37,351 bases of DNA from Octopus bimaculoides (taxonomy: Eukaryota): contig NC_068998.1 in the NCBI RefSeq assembly GCF_001194135.2, positions 54,050,819 through 54,088,169 of the forward strand. Direction: 5' to 3'. Each line of letters begins with the position of its first letter. Positions within the stretch are counted from its first letter, which is position 1. The position numbers and the translations under genes were made by a program. Below, in pieces: positions 1-11,977 of this stretch. Under the pieces are notes generated by a model. That model was given only the letters and a program-made list of their open reading frames with translations. It searched no databases and was not told the DNA's origin.

Positions 1-41
<41 letters not shown>

Positions 42-204
42 GTGTGTGTATGTATGTATGTATGCGTGTATGTATGTATTTATGTATGTATATATGTGTG
101 TATAAATATATAGATATATATATACGTGCGTGCGTGTGTGTGTGTGTGTGTGTCTGTGTGTGTGTGTATGTGTGTGTATGTTCGTATGTATGTATATATA
201 CTCG

Positions 205-600
205 CGCAGCTGTGTCCGTGGGATAATAAGTTTGCCTCCTAGCCACATAGTTCCGGGTTCACTCCCACTGTGTAGCACCTTAGTTTAGTGTCTTCTACTA
301 TAGTCTTGGGTCTACCAAAGCCTTGTGAGTGGATTTGGTAGACGGAAACTGAAAGAAGCCCGTCGTATATGTGTATGTGTGTGTGTGTGTGTGTGTGTGT
401 TAATCACCCACCCCCAACCATAGCTTGACAACCGATGATGGTGTGTCTACGTCCCCGTAAGCTAGCGGTTCGGCAAAAATGTACTGACTGAATAAGTAGT
501 AGGCTTACAAAGAATAAGTCCTGGAGTCGATTTGTTCGACTAAAGGTGGTGCTCCAGCATGGACGCAGTCAAATGATTGAAACAAGTAAAAGTAATAACA
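205..600 (+). mobile_element. Near full-length tRNA-derived SINE (called family A here; octopus-type)
   Basis: B-box-like GGTTCACTCC at 256-265, body GTGGATTTGGTAGACGGAAACTGAAAGAAGCCCGTCG, internal (TG)n linker at about 365-400, and 3' tail GGTGCTCCAGCATGG..CAGTCAAATGA.TGAAACAAGTAAAAG. Homologous segments recur at 12636-12760, 15673-16095 and 31900-32065. Confidence 0.85.
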
Positions 601-604
601 AAAA

Positions 605-605
<1 letters not shown>

Positions 606-655
<50 letters not shown>
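606..655. repeat. (TA)n microsatellite at the SINE 3' end
   Basis: Direct reading. Confidence 0.95.
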
Positions 656-658
<3 letters not shown>

Positions 659-1311
659 GCAGGAGATACATAATGGAGGACGAAATTAGCTGATTATAAA
701 TAGAGAGCAAATTCATGTTCTCGCTTGAAACATAAATCAAACTGAAATTTTTATGTAAACTCTTAATGTAGAATAGTTAACAACAGGAAGTTGGCAGAAT
801 ATAAAACCAGGATGAGTCTCCGATGTGTCGGAGTTTGTTTACTATTTCTAGCACGTCAAGTGAGTCTAATGTTGAAAATCTACGATGGTGAAATACGAAT
901 ACTTTGCGGTATTAAACGAAACAATTATGCTTTGATGAACAGGATTATAATAAGATTATTACAGGATTAAAACATTACTTTGTTTTAATTGATTATGAAT
1001 AGGATTAAAAAGATATTGAATCACAAATTCAAGTCTTGAAGAATTTAGGCATGTCTCACAGTTATGTACGAAACTTTACAGTTTTCACTTTGCGCCTTTT
1101 ATTATATAAGAGAAATTTTAAGGGAAGGAACTAGAATCAAATTTATGTTAAACGATAAAAACATGACCGTTGAATAAATCTAACAATATGTGTAAATTTC
1201 TTCGAAACGATTTTCATATTAAATATTCTTATACACTGTAGGAAAACTTATAAAAGTTACATTTACACACGCGTACACACACACTTGTATAAGCATATAT
1301 TACACACACAT

Positions 1312-1388
1312 NNNNNNNNNNNNNNNNNNNNNNNNNNNNNNNNNNNNNNNNNNNNNNNNNNNNNNNNNNNNNNNNNNNNNNNNNNNNN
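1312..1388. other. Assembly gap (N run). Other gaps: about 2925-3416, 8917-8926, 25566-25852, 26578-26587, 27212-27483, 30731-30844, 32866-32899, 35898-35907
   Basis: N runs, mostly flanked by (TA)n, (TG)n, (GA)n or homopolymer tracts, consistent with short-read collapse at simple repeats. Confidence 0.98.
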
Positions 1389-1467
1389 TGTGTGTATATA
1401 TATATATATATGCATCTGTGTGTGTATGTGAATGGAGAATCATATATCATGCATATATATATATATG

Positions 1468-1504
<37 letters not shown>

Positions 1505-1884
1505 TCATATATATGTACATACATGTATGTGTGTGTGTGTGTATGTGTGTGTGTGTGTATGTGTGTGTGTGTGTGTGTAATAACACTTAGTTTGAAGGTT
1601 ATGGAAGTTTTAATGTAATTAATTTAGAATAAAAAATATCTTCAATGGAAACTGAAAATATATCGTTTATTTACTTTTATTTCAATACGATGTTTACAAT
1701 GTTTTTGAGTCTCTCGTATATTCACTCGCCCTCAATTTGTGCGCGCGCACTTTGGTGCATATGAGTACGTGTGTATGCACAAAAGAAAGACAGAGGGTGC
1801 AATTGAATGAGAATATATACACTCACTTATTTAATGTTCTCATATGATGTATATAGCATTTTATCTTTTTTATACGCGTATGAG

Positions 1885-1993
1885 CATGTATATATATATA
1901 TATACATACATACATACATACATACATACATACATACATACATACATACATACATGCATACATACATATATCTATGTGTGTGTGTGTCCGTAA

Positions 1994-2065
<72 letters not shown>

Positions 2066-2102
2066 CCCCAGTCAAATGACTGAAAGAATAAAAAGAATTA
2101 AA

Positions 2103-2140
<38 letters not shown>

Positions 2141-2200
2141 CATTTATATAAATATACACAAACACAACGCACACATAGATATATCCATACATATATACAT
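1885..2200. repeat. Compound (TACA)n/(TA)n microsatellite
   Basis: Direct reading. Confidence 0.95.
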
Positions 2201-2469
2201 AGTTATATCGATATTTATGTTACCATATATGTGAATATATATTTTTATATTTATACATAAATACACACATATGTTTGTGTGTACGCGCGCGTATGTATGT
2301 ATGAATGTGTGTGTCTGTGTGTGTGTGTGCGTATCTTTGCATGCGAGTACGTATGTGTGGTTATATAGAATTGCTATTGATATATTGATCTCTGTATATT
2401 AATAAATCTAATAGATAAAATACGATAATTTACGGTAGAGGCTAATGCATCGATTCCTGTTCATATTAT

Positions 2470-2578
2470 ATTGCAACGATGTCGGCTTGGCTCTTCATTC
2501 TTTTCTGATCGATAATGAAAGTACCGATCAAGCAGTCGGGTCGATAGAGTTCATCGTGCCCATCCCCTAAAACACTCG
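2470..2578 (+). mobile_element. Degenerate SINE fragment (family B core)
   Basis: GATGTCGGCTTGGCTCTTCATTC..GATCGATAATGAAAGTACC..GGGTCGAT resembles the core of the copy at 20850-20990. Confidence 0.55.
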
Positions 2579-2883
2579 CGGCCCTTCCATCTCTCTCTCT
2601 CTATGTTCTGTCTTATCTATTTATTTGATTTTATTACGCACAAAACTCTAGATAATTGCAAAGCAAACATACCAAATTGAATTGTGTTTTCCTTGTTTTA
2701 GAAAGTTCCTCTGCATTACATGGTTTGTTATAAGGAGAGTGATTGAGAGAGAGAGACAGACAGAGAGAGTAAGAGAGAGAGGGAGTTTGTAGATAGGTAG
2801 GTCGGTAGGTAGGCAAGTAGGCAGATAGGTAGGTTGGTAGGTGAGTTTATAGGGAGATAGATGGATATATATGTATATATATG

Positions 2884-2924
<41 letters not shown>

Positions 2925-3416
2925 NNNNNNNNNNNNNNNNNNNNNNNNNNNNNNNNNNNNNNNNNNNNNNNNNNNNNNNNNNNNNNNNNNNNNNNNNNNN
3001 NNNNNNNNNNNNNNNNNNNNNNNNNNNNNNNNNNNNNNNNNNNNNNNNNNNNNNNNNNNNNNNNNNNNNNNNNNNNNNNNNNNNNNNNNNNNNNNNNNNN
3101 NNNNNNNNNNNNNNNNNNNNNNNNNNNNNNNNNNNNNNNNNNNNNNNNNNNNNNNNNNNNNNNNNNNNNNNNNNNNNNNNNNNNNNNNNNNNNNNNNNNN
3201 NNNNNNNNNNNNNNNNNNNNNNNNNNNNNNNNNNNNNNNNNNNNNNNNNNNNNNNNNNNNNNNNNNNNNNNNNNNNNNNNNNNNNNNNNNNNNNNNNNNN
3301 NNNNNNNNNNNNNNNNNNNNNNNNNNNNNNNNNNNNNNNNNNNNNNNNNNNNNNNNNNNNNNNNNNNNNNNNNNNNNNNNNNNNNNNNNNNNNNNNNNNN
3401 NNNNNNNNNNNNNNNN

Positions 3417-3474
<58 letters not shown>

Positions 3475-3554
3475 GCCGTCCATCATATATTTATGGAAGC
3501 ATTTCCTTTCTTTACGATAATAGGAGTTGGAGGTGGATCTTGATACGAACTTGG

Positions 3555-3925
3555 CCATTAACTATTCCTGTTGTTGTTATTGTGCTAACCATTACTGTTG
3601 TTTTTGTTATTGTAGTTGTCGAATCAGCTGTTCTTGTTCCCATTACTGTTGCAAAAGTTGCTATTTTTCTTTTCTGACGTTTGCACTAATCGCTGCTGCT
3701 GTTGTTCCGATCAGTGTTGCAACAGAATTCATTGTTCGTTATATTGAAGTAATTACTGCTGTTGTTGCTAACGCGAATTCAAATGTTACTGCGGTTCATA
3801 TAGTTTTCGCAACAATTCTTGGTGTGTCGCTTGCTGTTGTTATTTTTGTGACAATTGCTGCTAGTTCTGTTGCAGCAGTATCGGCAGCCGTAGTGGCGAA
3901 TGTTGTTGAAGTATTTCTGTAGTTC
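3555..3925. repeat. Degenerate (GTT/GCT)n trinucleotide low-complexity tract
   Basis: Strong 3-nt periodicity; the Thr/Ala-rich minus-strand frame is broken by several stops. Confidence 0.75.
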
Positions 3926-4667
3926 GTTAATAGGCAGATTCATATAAAATTATCTTAAGTCTCTCACGAACCCAAAGACAGGTTCTTAACCCGTTTTCCG
4001 TAGCGTATATGTGACCAAGATCACACCGCCTCATTCTGAACGCGACGCGGGTCGGTGAGAGCTAATACTCCAGCTCTTTCTGGGACCCATTATTAGAAGA
4101 GTGGATTGTATATATATATATATATATATATGTATACAGTTGAATGTAAAAATTTATTACGACCGGAAATTCTAAACACTGATTCAAAAGTTCGTCCTTC
4201 TAACCGATCACAACGTCATTAAGTAAAATTGTTGTTCAAGAGGTATGTTTGTGGCTGTAGTTGATTGGCAAAAATTAAGTTCTAGGGTACATAGTGATAG
4301 AAAGACTTCAAAGAATCGTAGTAAAAGAGTTTGAATTTCCTCATAATGTGAAAGTAGACCTGTAACAATAAAGCGAATTGCTAGTATCGTAATTTGAAAT
4401 TTGTTCGATAAGCGTAAAACGACTGGAGGTTTATTTTATTGTTAGAGATTTGTATGACGGTGGTATGCAAACAAGAAAAACGATGTTTGTTTAGGTAAGT
4501 GCACAAATGTAAAAAAAGTAATGGAGTATGTTTCAATTAAACGTTCCTATTGATACCGAGAACTTGGTGTATCTGATTACGATAATACGAAGACAAACTA
4601 GGAAATGCTTAAAGGTTTCTACAAGTGGATCAATTCAAAATGCCTAAATACATACATACATACATAC

Positions 4668-4669
<2 letters not shown>

Positions 4670-4759
<90 letters not shown>
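4670..4759. repeat. (TG)n microsatellite, about 45 units
   Basis: Direct reading. Confidence 0.98.
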
Positions 4760-4763
<4 letters not shown>

Positions 4764-4997
4764 ATATACACATATATATTGTCTTTGGCATTGAATATAA
4801 GGAAGAACACTGGTGTATATAAAACTGTATTTTTTATTTGCGTGTGCGTGATTGTATATGTATACACACACACATACGCAAATAAATACAGTTTTATATA
4901 TACAAGTGTTCCTCCTTATATTCAATGCCAAAGACACAGTATGTGTGTGTGCGTGTATATATTATGTTGGTAGGTAGGTTGGTCTATATGATATGTA

Positions 4998-4999
4998 TG

Positions 5000-5064
<65 letters not shown>

Positions 5065-5133
5065 GTGGGTGACTGAGTGTGTTTGTATGTATGTATGTAT
5101 GTATGTATGTATGTATGTATGTATGTATGTATG
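4998..5133. repeat. (TAGA)n followed by (TATG)n tetranucleotide arrays
   Basis: Direct reading. Confidence 0.95.
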
Positions 5134-5382
5134 TGTATTTGGCAAAGCAGTAATGAGATTGATTGAAGGAGATTCGTCTGATAAAAGAGAATGAAGTAAG
5201 GAAACCGCATGTGATATAAATAAATATTAAAACGTTGGTGTATTGAAAGATCAGGAACCGAATTATTTCGTTTTTTGTGTTGCGAATATTTGGAGTTAAG
5301 TGTGCCTTCTGTGTTTCAATTAACTTAGAGCGAAGTAACTGTTCGAAGTTAATCAGGGAGAAAAGGAGATATAGCAATAAAT

Positions 5383-5495
5383 GGCAGAGTGGTTAAGAAG
5401 TTGGTTTTGCAAGGAATTTACTTGGGTTTCGATTTCACTGTGTTATGTCTTCAGCAAGTAAGCTCGTCTTTATAGCTTCATATTGGCCAAACGTG
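5383..5495 (+). mobile_element. Degenerate SINE 5' head (family A-like)
   Basis: GGCAGAGTGGTTAAGAAGTTGG..GGGTTTCGATTTCACTGTG resembles the heads at 16095 (minus) and 31900. Confidence 0.5.
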
Positions 5496-6844
5496 CAGGT
5501 GTCCGTTTCTTAATGATTTTCTTCGATGGAAGGATAACTTACGACGAAACGCTTGTTTGCATTTGCTTTACAATATAAAGAATATAAAGAGCTACAACAG
5601 TTACGTGTTCCATAGAGAACATCACAGTTTTAAATCTGGAATCGGTGATGATTCTTAATCCTGTCTCTTTTTAAAATACTTGCATTTTCTTATAACTCTC
5701 TCGGACTGATGAGAGTAAATTTTCCAAAATAATAATAAAAACACGTCATCTGTATAAAGTCTGCCTTACATATCCGGGTATTTAGAGCTTCGTTTAACCA
5801 AGGACTATACGTATGTAATACCATCGATTTCAGACCAGCATTTAGATTTCCTGCATACGAGAAGCAGAATATTACACTGTTTCTGATCCAAAACACTGAA
5901 TTATGGACTCACGATCAGGAGAAATTTACATAAATATCTGATTCTTGGATTCGAGCTAATTATTTTGTGAAATTTACAGTGTTGCATTATAGACGCTCAG
6001 AGATATCACATTAATCGACTCTAATGCCAAATTCTAGAAAACTGCAATTCGTTTCGTTTATGATAGAACTGAAGAACTATATTACTACTTGGATATTATT
6101 CCATGGAAATAAAGTAAAATCATCCTTATGTGTATGTATAATCTTATTTGGAGTATTATTACATGTGCCATCTATGTCAGGGTTGGTAGGGTAAATCAAT
6201 CTTATACAGGATTTGGCTATTTAAATTATGCTTATGATCTTGAAAGGTGAAATAAGGCTCTCTTGACACACTCTGTATATGTATAAAATATTTAATGATA
6301 TCTGTATTATAAGAGGACTGAATGCAAGAAACAATATCGCTTTCTGTAATATAAGAACTTCCTAACCATCACGTTTGTAGCAAAAGGGTAAAACAATCGT
6401 GAATGTTAATTCCTTCGTGTCCTAGAGAAATAATAACGAATGATTGGAAATTGAATTCGGAACATTTGTCTAAAGGAAACCAACGACGAATGATGGACGT
6501 ACGCATTAAAAATCTCGTTATTCGAATTACATGAAATACGAAATCGTAAACTGTCAGATTTAAACAATAATTTATCATTCTCAATGTTTCTATTCTTCAA
6601 TGAAATTACTCTGAAAGTCATCCCAACAAAGCAGGCTCTGCGTTTAAACAAGTCCCAAAATTAAATGTATCAACTCAGTAGAACTTCTGTAATTGTAACC
6701 ACTCATTGTCATTGAGAGAATCTATTCAATATACATTTATGTATGTTCTCTTCTGCTTTTGTTTTTAATTAATTAAATTCTTCCATTGAGGAAGGAGCTC
6801 ATTTCTAACAAAGATACAAAGCTCCATTGTGGCAATGTAGATAA

Positions 6845-7510
6845 AAGCATTTTAAACTTGAGAAAAATCTTGCATATTTTTACTGTTCCATTTACACATT
6901 GTATTTGTAATGCACGAGTTGGTTGATCTCTTTTTCTGAAAATCTTAACTTATTGAGATTGTTACTTAGGCATTTACTCACAAAACCAAGTGCCCCAATT
7001 AATATAAATGCCAGTTTATAATCTGGATATAAAGTAGCTGGAGGTTTCGAAGTAGTTGTTCATACTTATTCTCTTCGTTTTTGATTTTCAAATAGAAATT
7101 CACATCAGCTGTGCTGCTGACTTCTGTGACGGTATATACATTTCCTTGTCTATCCCAAGCAACAATATTCGGCCCGTTATAATTACGCTTGACAGAGGTT
7201 TTTGATGGGAATGTTCCAGCAATATTTTTGTGTTGACGTGTGTGTATGAATTCAATAAAAGGAAGATTCTCTATATTTATTCCCAGACACCCCTTTTTAC
7301 GAATAACATTGTATATTATTTTTGCAACAACCTCGTGGAGTAGCATGATGGTATTTTGGGCAGCTACTAATGTCATGTCTTCCACAGAAATATGACATAA
7401 TCTACATTTTCGGTTGCTTCTTGGCGCTCCAAGGGATTTGCTGCTTATTTTGTCTGTTAGGTACTTAGAAGCAATTTCCTGTTCTTGGATAGCAAATGGA
7501 TAGCCTTCGA
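6845..7510 (-). mobile_element. Non-LTR retrotransposon 3' remnant (R4/Dong-like, restriction-like endonuclease class): CCHC knuckle plus endonuclease, pseudogenised
   Basis: Track ORF gives FAIQEQEIASKYL..CRLCHISVED..HEVVAKIIYN..GPNIVAWDR..VTEVSSTADVN..KIKNEENKYEQLLRNLQLL. Other frames supply ISSCPK (last knuckle Cys), YPDYKLAFILIGALGFVSKCL and the C-terminal NGTVKICKIFLKFK. The layout CX2C..H..C, RH(D), PD, E, K-x-x-KY matches known RLE non-LTR C-termini. Confidence 0.85.
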
Positions 7511-8872
7511 AGTGTGATGTGACGTAAGTCCGTACATACATAAATATATGTATGAATGTATGTCATTATTCAGTTTATTTCAAGATTTCTTGCCAACAGA
7601 GAAAGAACCGGTTTCTCACCTAGATACAAGGTTCCTTCATTGGAATTTCAGCATCAACAACAGTGTATGTATGTATGCGCAGATTTGTATGCTTTGTGTA
7701 TGTATTCTCATGCATATAGTTACATATCTAGACATGTTCATATATGTATAATTGATAAACTTCTGGAAAGTTTTACAGATTTTTACATTTCTAGTGATGA
7801 ATTTGATCTGTAGTCTTTGAATTAGCTTTCTCCTTTCTGGTTTTGAGAAGCCTAATTTCTCAAGATTGGTATTTAGGCAGTGTGCTACATATCACAGGGC
7901 CCTAATAATTACAGGTACCCTGAGAATGTTGTAACTAGGTCAAGGTTGTATATATGAATGTATGTATGTATGTAAGTATGTATGTATGTATACACAAGTC
8001 CATACATATAAACATGCACGCATGCATACAAATATACATGTATTATTTATTTATGTACGAATTTAGGCATGTATGTATGAATGTGTACGTGTGTGTGTGT
8101 ATGTGTGTGCGTGTGTGTGTGCGTGTGCGTGTGTGTTTGCGTGTGCGTGTTTGTGTGTATGTTGCATGTATGGGAAATCTTTCATATTATATTTCATTAC
8201 AATTCTATGTCGAAAGATATGTATTTATATTCCACAGAATGATATTACTTCAACAAAACCATCTCTAATTGCATTAAAAGATTTCGGCAAGAGGGTAAGT
8301 TTATTGAATCAAAAAATTCTAGTTTGTATTTAGTTTTCTAAATTAGAAACTAATTGCCAAACCAAAGAAAGTAATTAAAATCTATCTTTTGTAAAAAAAA
8401 ATTCTCTTAAATGGAAACGATTATAAGCAATTCTTTTCGTTAGGCTGCTTTACAAATTAGAAATAAATACAATTCATCATTCTTCTAATTGCGATTATCT
8501 TTTAATGTAGTCTTTCATTGTTCAAATAAGATTAAAAAGCAATAATTCTAGTTAATATTTCTTGTTACATTTCTCAACTAATTGCATCGTATTTTACGTT
8601 CCCCGCCCGGCTCCTCCACCTATTACAAGCAACAATAGCTCGGAAGATTTCTGGTTATGTTAGTAGTTTCTCTTGGAAAATATATCCCAAATGACCGTCT
8701 TAAACTTTCAGACAATAATTATCTTTCACGTGAGACTTCGGTAAATTACGAATGCTATGCACTGTAAAGTATGGGAATTAGGCACTCGATTAACATTATC
8801 ACACACAAACACTCACACTTATCACATATAAGCATGCATATGACATTAATAAAACGAACCCGTATATATCAC

Positions 8873-8873
<1 letters not shown>

Positions 8874-8916
<43 letters not shown>

Positions 8917-8926
8917 NNNNNNNNNN

Positions 8927-8970
<44 letters not shown>
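8874..8970. repeat. (GA)n microsatellite containing a 10-N gap
   Basis: Direct reading. Confidence 0.95.
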
Positions 8971-8975
<5 letters not shown>

Positions 8976-9297
8976 GAAGTGAAAGGGGGAGAGACAGTGA
9001 CGGTGAATGTACATTGAAGAAGTCGGTTTAAATATAAAGTTCATTTAAAAGACTTCGTTACTGAACTATTTTCCCGTTATATTTAAAATATACATTCTAA
9101 TTAATATTATCTATTAAGTTTGAATGTTCTTTTGTCCTACAATAATTCTCCAGATATTTCTTTCAGTGACAACCCTTAGCGTAAGTTCACACAAATGAAG
9201 GCTATATAATATACAAGCCACATCTGTAACTTCTATGCTGTAGAAATAGCAACGTAATCGCCATGAAATGACATTCACAACTAAAAAGAAGAAATGG

Positions 9298-9345
9298 CGT
9301 ATTGGACAATATAGTCCTGGACGTATTGGACAATACAGTCCTGGA
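9298..9345 (+). repeat. 24-bp tandem duplication, 23/24 identical
   Basis: CGTATTGGACAATATAGTCCTGGA / CGTATTGGACAATACAGTCCTGGA. Confidence 0.95.
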
Positions 9346-9448
9346 CACTCTCCTTGCAAGAAGCAAATGGCGGCCGAGTCACGATTTGATTGTCAGTGAT
9401 CGTAAAGTAGCTCGATTCGGGTTGACGTAAGGATAAATAATGACAAAT

Positions 9449-9703
9449 GATTTAGGCACAAGGACAGCAGATTTGTGGGTAGAGGTACGTTGATACCATC
9501 GACCTGAGCACTTGGTACTTTATTTTATCGATCTCGTATGAACGAAAGATATCGACCTCTGTAGGCTTTCAACTCAGAACGTAAAGGAGTTTGGAAAATA
9601 CTGCAAAGCATTCTTTCGACGCTTTAAAGATAAGCACCGACTAAACCCTTCAGGCAGTGCTCCAGCACGGCCACTCTCCATTGACTGAGACAAAAAGATA
9701 AAG
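9449..9703. mobile_element. Composite SINE remnant: family B antisense (about 9449-9630) abutting a family A 3' tail in sense (about 9638-9703)
   Basis: ATCGACCTGAGCACTTGGTACTTTATTTTATCGA..TCGACCTC..AACTCAGAACGTAAAG is antisense family B; GCAGTGCTCCAGCACGGCC..TGACTGAGAC matches the tail at 545-590. Confidence 0.75.
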
Positions 9704-10667
9704 GAAATTAAAGTGTATTGTTTTCAGAGACGCTCTACCCTAACACTGCCACCCTCAGCCCTATCTATGTGGACTTAACATGTCTCAAGAACAAAACGCT
9801 TCAGAAAAAGTAGTTTCAAAAGGAATTACGTGTTTCATGATTCTTTATAAACCTTCAGCAATTTTATAGCTTTTGCAATAATCACGGATTTTCCACAGAT
9901 ACGTCTACTATTTATAATTGCATTTTCACAACAAATATCTATTATTGCATTTTCAAATATTTATCGATTTTTTTCCTTTCATGCAGCCTTGTTAACTTAC
10001 ACGTAATTTAATGCGGCCTTCAAATAGGGGAGAAAAAAATAATAAAATTCCCACGTCTCGGTTCTGTATCATTACAGAAAGTAAAGAAAATGAATTTATT
10101 TTCTTGGAAATACGATAAAGGAAATTCACCAAGCCTTGCTGCTGTATTGAAAACGTTTTCATGGAATAATGTTTTTCTTTGAATTATCTCAAATGATATT
10201 CCTCGAAGAATATCGGAAGGAGAAAAAGATTCTGAAGTTGTTGTGACCTATCTCTAGAGCACTGACAGGCATAAAACTCGTGTGACATGGAATGAAATTT
10301 TCAAACAAAATACACTACACAAACCACAAACACATATATGTATGTGTGCATGTATGTATGTATGTATATGTATATATATGTTTCTGTGTATGCATGTATG
10401 CATATATATATACATAAAATCTTAAAAGCTTAGTTTTATCTTCTAAGGGCACATTCCTTCAAAGACTGCATATAATTTTTTTCTAAATATTGATTTTGCT
10501 ACACAGAAAATATACATATATATTAATGCATTTTCGAGTGCTTTTGAATGTTATATATACATGTGTGAGTGAGTGTGTGTGTGCGTGCCTGCGTGCATGT
10601 ATGCAAACATAAATCGCCCTTGAAGGTAAACATGTTTCTCATTTACGAACATACACTCTTAGAGATA

Positions 10668-10716
<49 letters not shown>

Positions 10717-11129
10717 GCTGTTTACAAAAATAGAGACACTGCAAGTAAAAATAAAATACGTGAGGGGCAGAAAAATGTGTGTGTGTGTGCTTGAGTTTGT
10801 GCTTGTGTATATGCGAGCGAGTGTGATATGTATGCATGTGTGTTTGTGTGTGTATTCGTGTTTGTATGTGTATGCGTGTGTATGTGTGTGTGTTTGTGTG
10901 TACGAGTGCGTGTACGTGTGTGTGGTTGTATGTATTGTCTAACGCTTTAAATATAACTCGATTATTGAGGCGACAGCATGTATCGATTGGGAAACTATTG
11001 GAGTATAGTGTGCGACATTAACCAATGTATTTATCAAGTTGTGAGTCGCACTGATTCCTACATGGTGTCCATATTGATCACCTCCACCACCCTCACCATT
11101 CTATGTTTCCATCTAATTCTTTCACTTTT

Positions 11130-11131
<2 letters not shown>

Positions 11132-11184
<53 letters not shown>

Positions 11185-11212
11185 CTTTCTCTCTCGCTCT
11201 CTCTCTCTCTCT
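11132..11212. repeat. (TC)n microsatellite
   Basis: Direct reading. Confidence 0.95.
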
Positions 11213-11819
11213 TTGTATCTTTATTTCTTCAGCTTCGGTCGTTGCCAAAATATTTAGTTTCTTTCCATAACAATCAATTCTAGTATCTATAACATTCAGA
11301 GTAATTTTTACTTCCGCCGCAATCGAACTGCTAACCCCGAAATCCGATTATTGTCTGTAAGTCGCGCAGTGCCTTTCTTTTGCGATAAATATCATCTTAT
11401 TTCGTTTTTCATTGCTTTTTTTTAAACTTGGATACAAAAAAGAGCAAAAAAATATGTTTTGATAATGTTAATATTTCTTGATCGATAAGGTTATTTTTGA
11501 ATAAATATTATTTTTTACGCCATGCTGAATCTATTTTCTGTTTAGCTTTTGCTTGTATTTCGTTTTTAATTTTTTTCTATTTTTTAGCTCTAACAGAATA
11601 AACGTTTAATATGAAACTATTCTTTCTAGTCTTAAGACCAACTAAAGAATATGTTGTTTTTTTCCTGCTTCTTCCTATTATTCTTTTGTGGTAATGCCAA
11701 TCACTTGTTTATCCGAAGGCTACTGCAAAGTTAGAATTTCGAATCCACGTTCGCATTAGATTACTGGGAAAGAATATAATAATTTATGATAATGATAAGT
11801 GGGGTTATTAATTTTGATA

Positions 11820-11945
11820 CAAGGCTAGCAATTTCAGGGAAATAGAATTAGCCGATTTCACTGACGTCAATGCTTTTGAACTCAAAACATAAAACCCCGA
11901 AAGAAATACCACTAAGTATTTTGTTCGATGCGCTAACGGTTCTGA
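11820..11945 (-). mobile_element. Internally deleted family B SINE fragment
   Basis: AAGGCTAGCAATTTCAGGG..TTTGAACTCAAAACATAAA..CCACTAAGTATTTTGTTCGATGCGCTAACG matches 18990-19170. Confidence 0.65.
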
Positions 11946-11977
11946 CAGCTCACCTCTTTGATAAAAACAAAAAAAGA

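Noticed and set aside
26-3677. Many track ORFs rich in YI/VC/HT dipeptides or X runs (also near 25420-27613, 30667, 32532)
   Set aside because: These are translations of microsatellites and N gaps, which lack stop codons.
3527-3922. Val/Ala-rich plus-strand ORF or mucin-like Thr/Ala frame on the minus strand
   Set aside because: Produced by a degenerate GTT/GCT repeat; the minus frame has several stops and there are no convincing splice signals.
4135-4500. Possible Tc1/mariner left end (TACAGTTGAATGTAAAAATTT) and a perfect donor AG|GTAAGT near 4495
   Set aside because: No matching right inverted repeat, no DDE motif, and no convincing upstream exon.
5705-5750. CTGATGA followed later by AAAAACACGTC, hammerhead-like
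   Set aside because: No GAAA after a closed stem II. The same failure applies to CTGATGA near 22135, 33596, 34604 and 36292.
6060-6194. 44-aa ORF MIELKNYITTWILFHGNKVKSSLCVCIILFGVLLHVPSMSGLVG with a signal-like stretch
   Set aside because: AT-rich DNA readily yields hydrophobic peptides, the donor sites are weak, and there is no other support.
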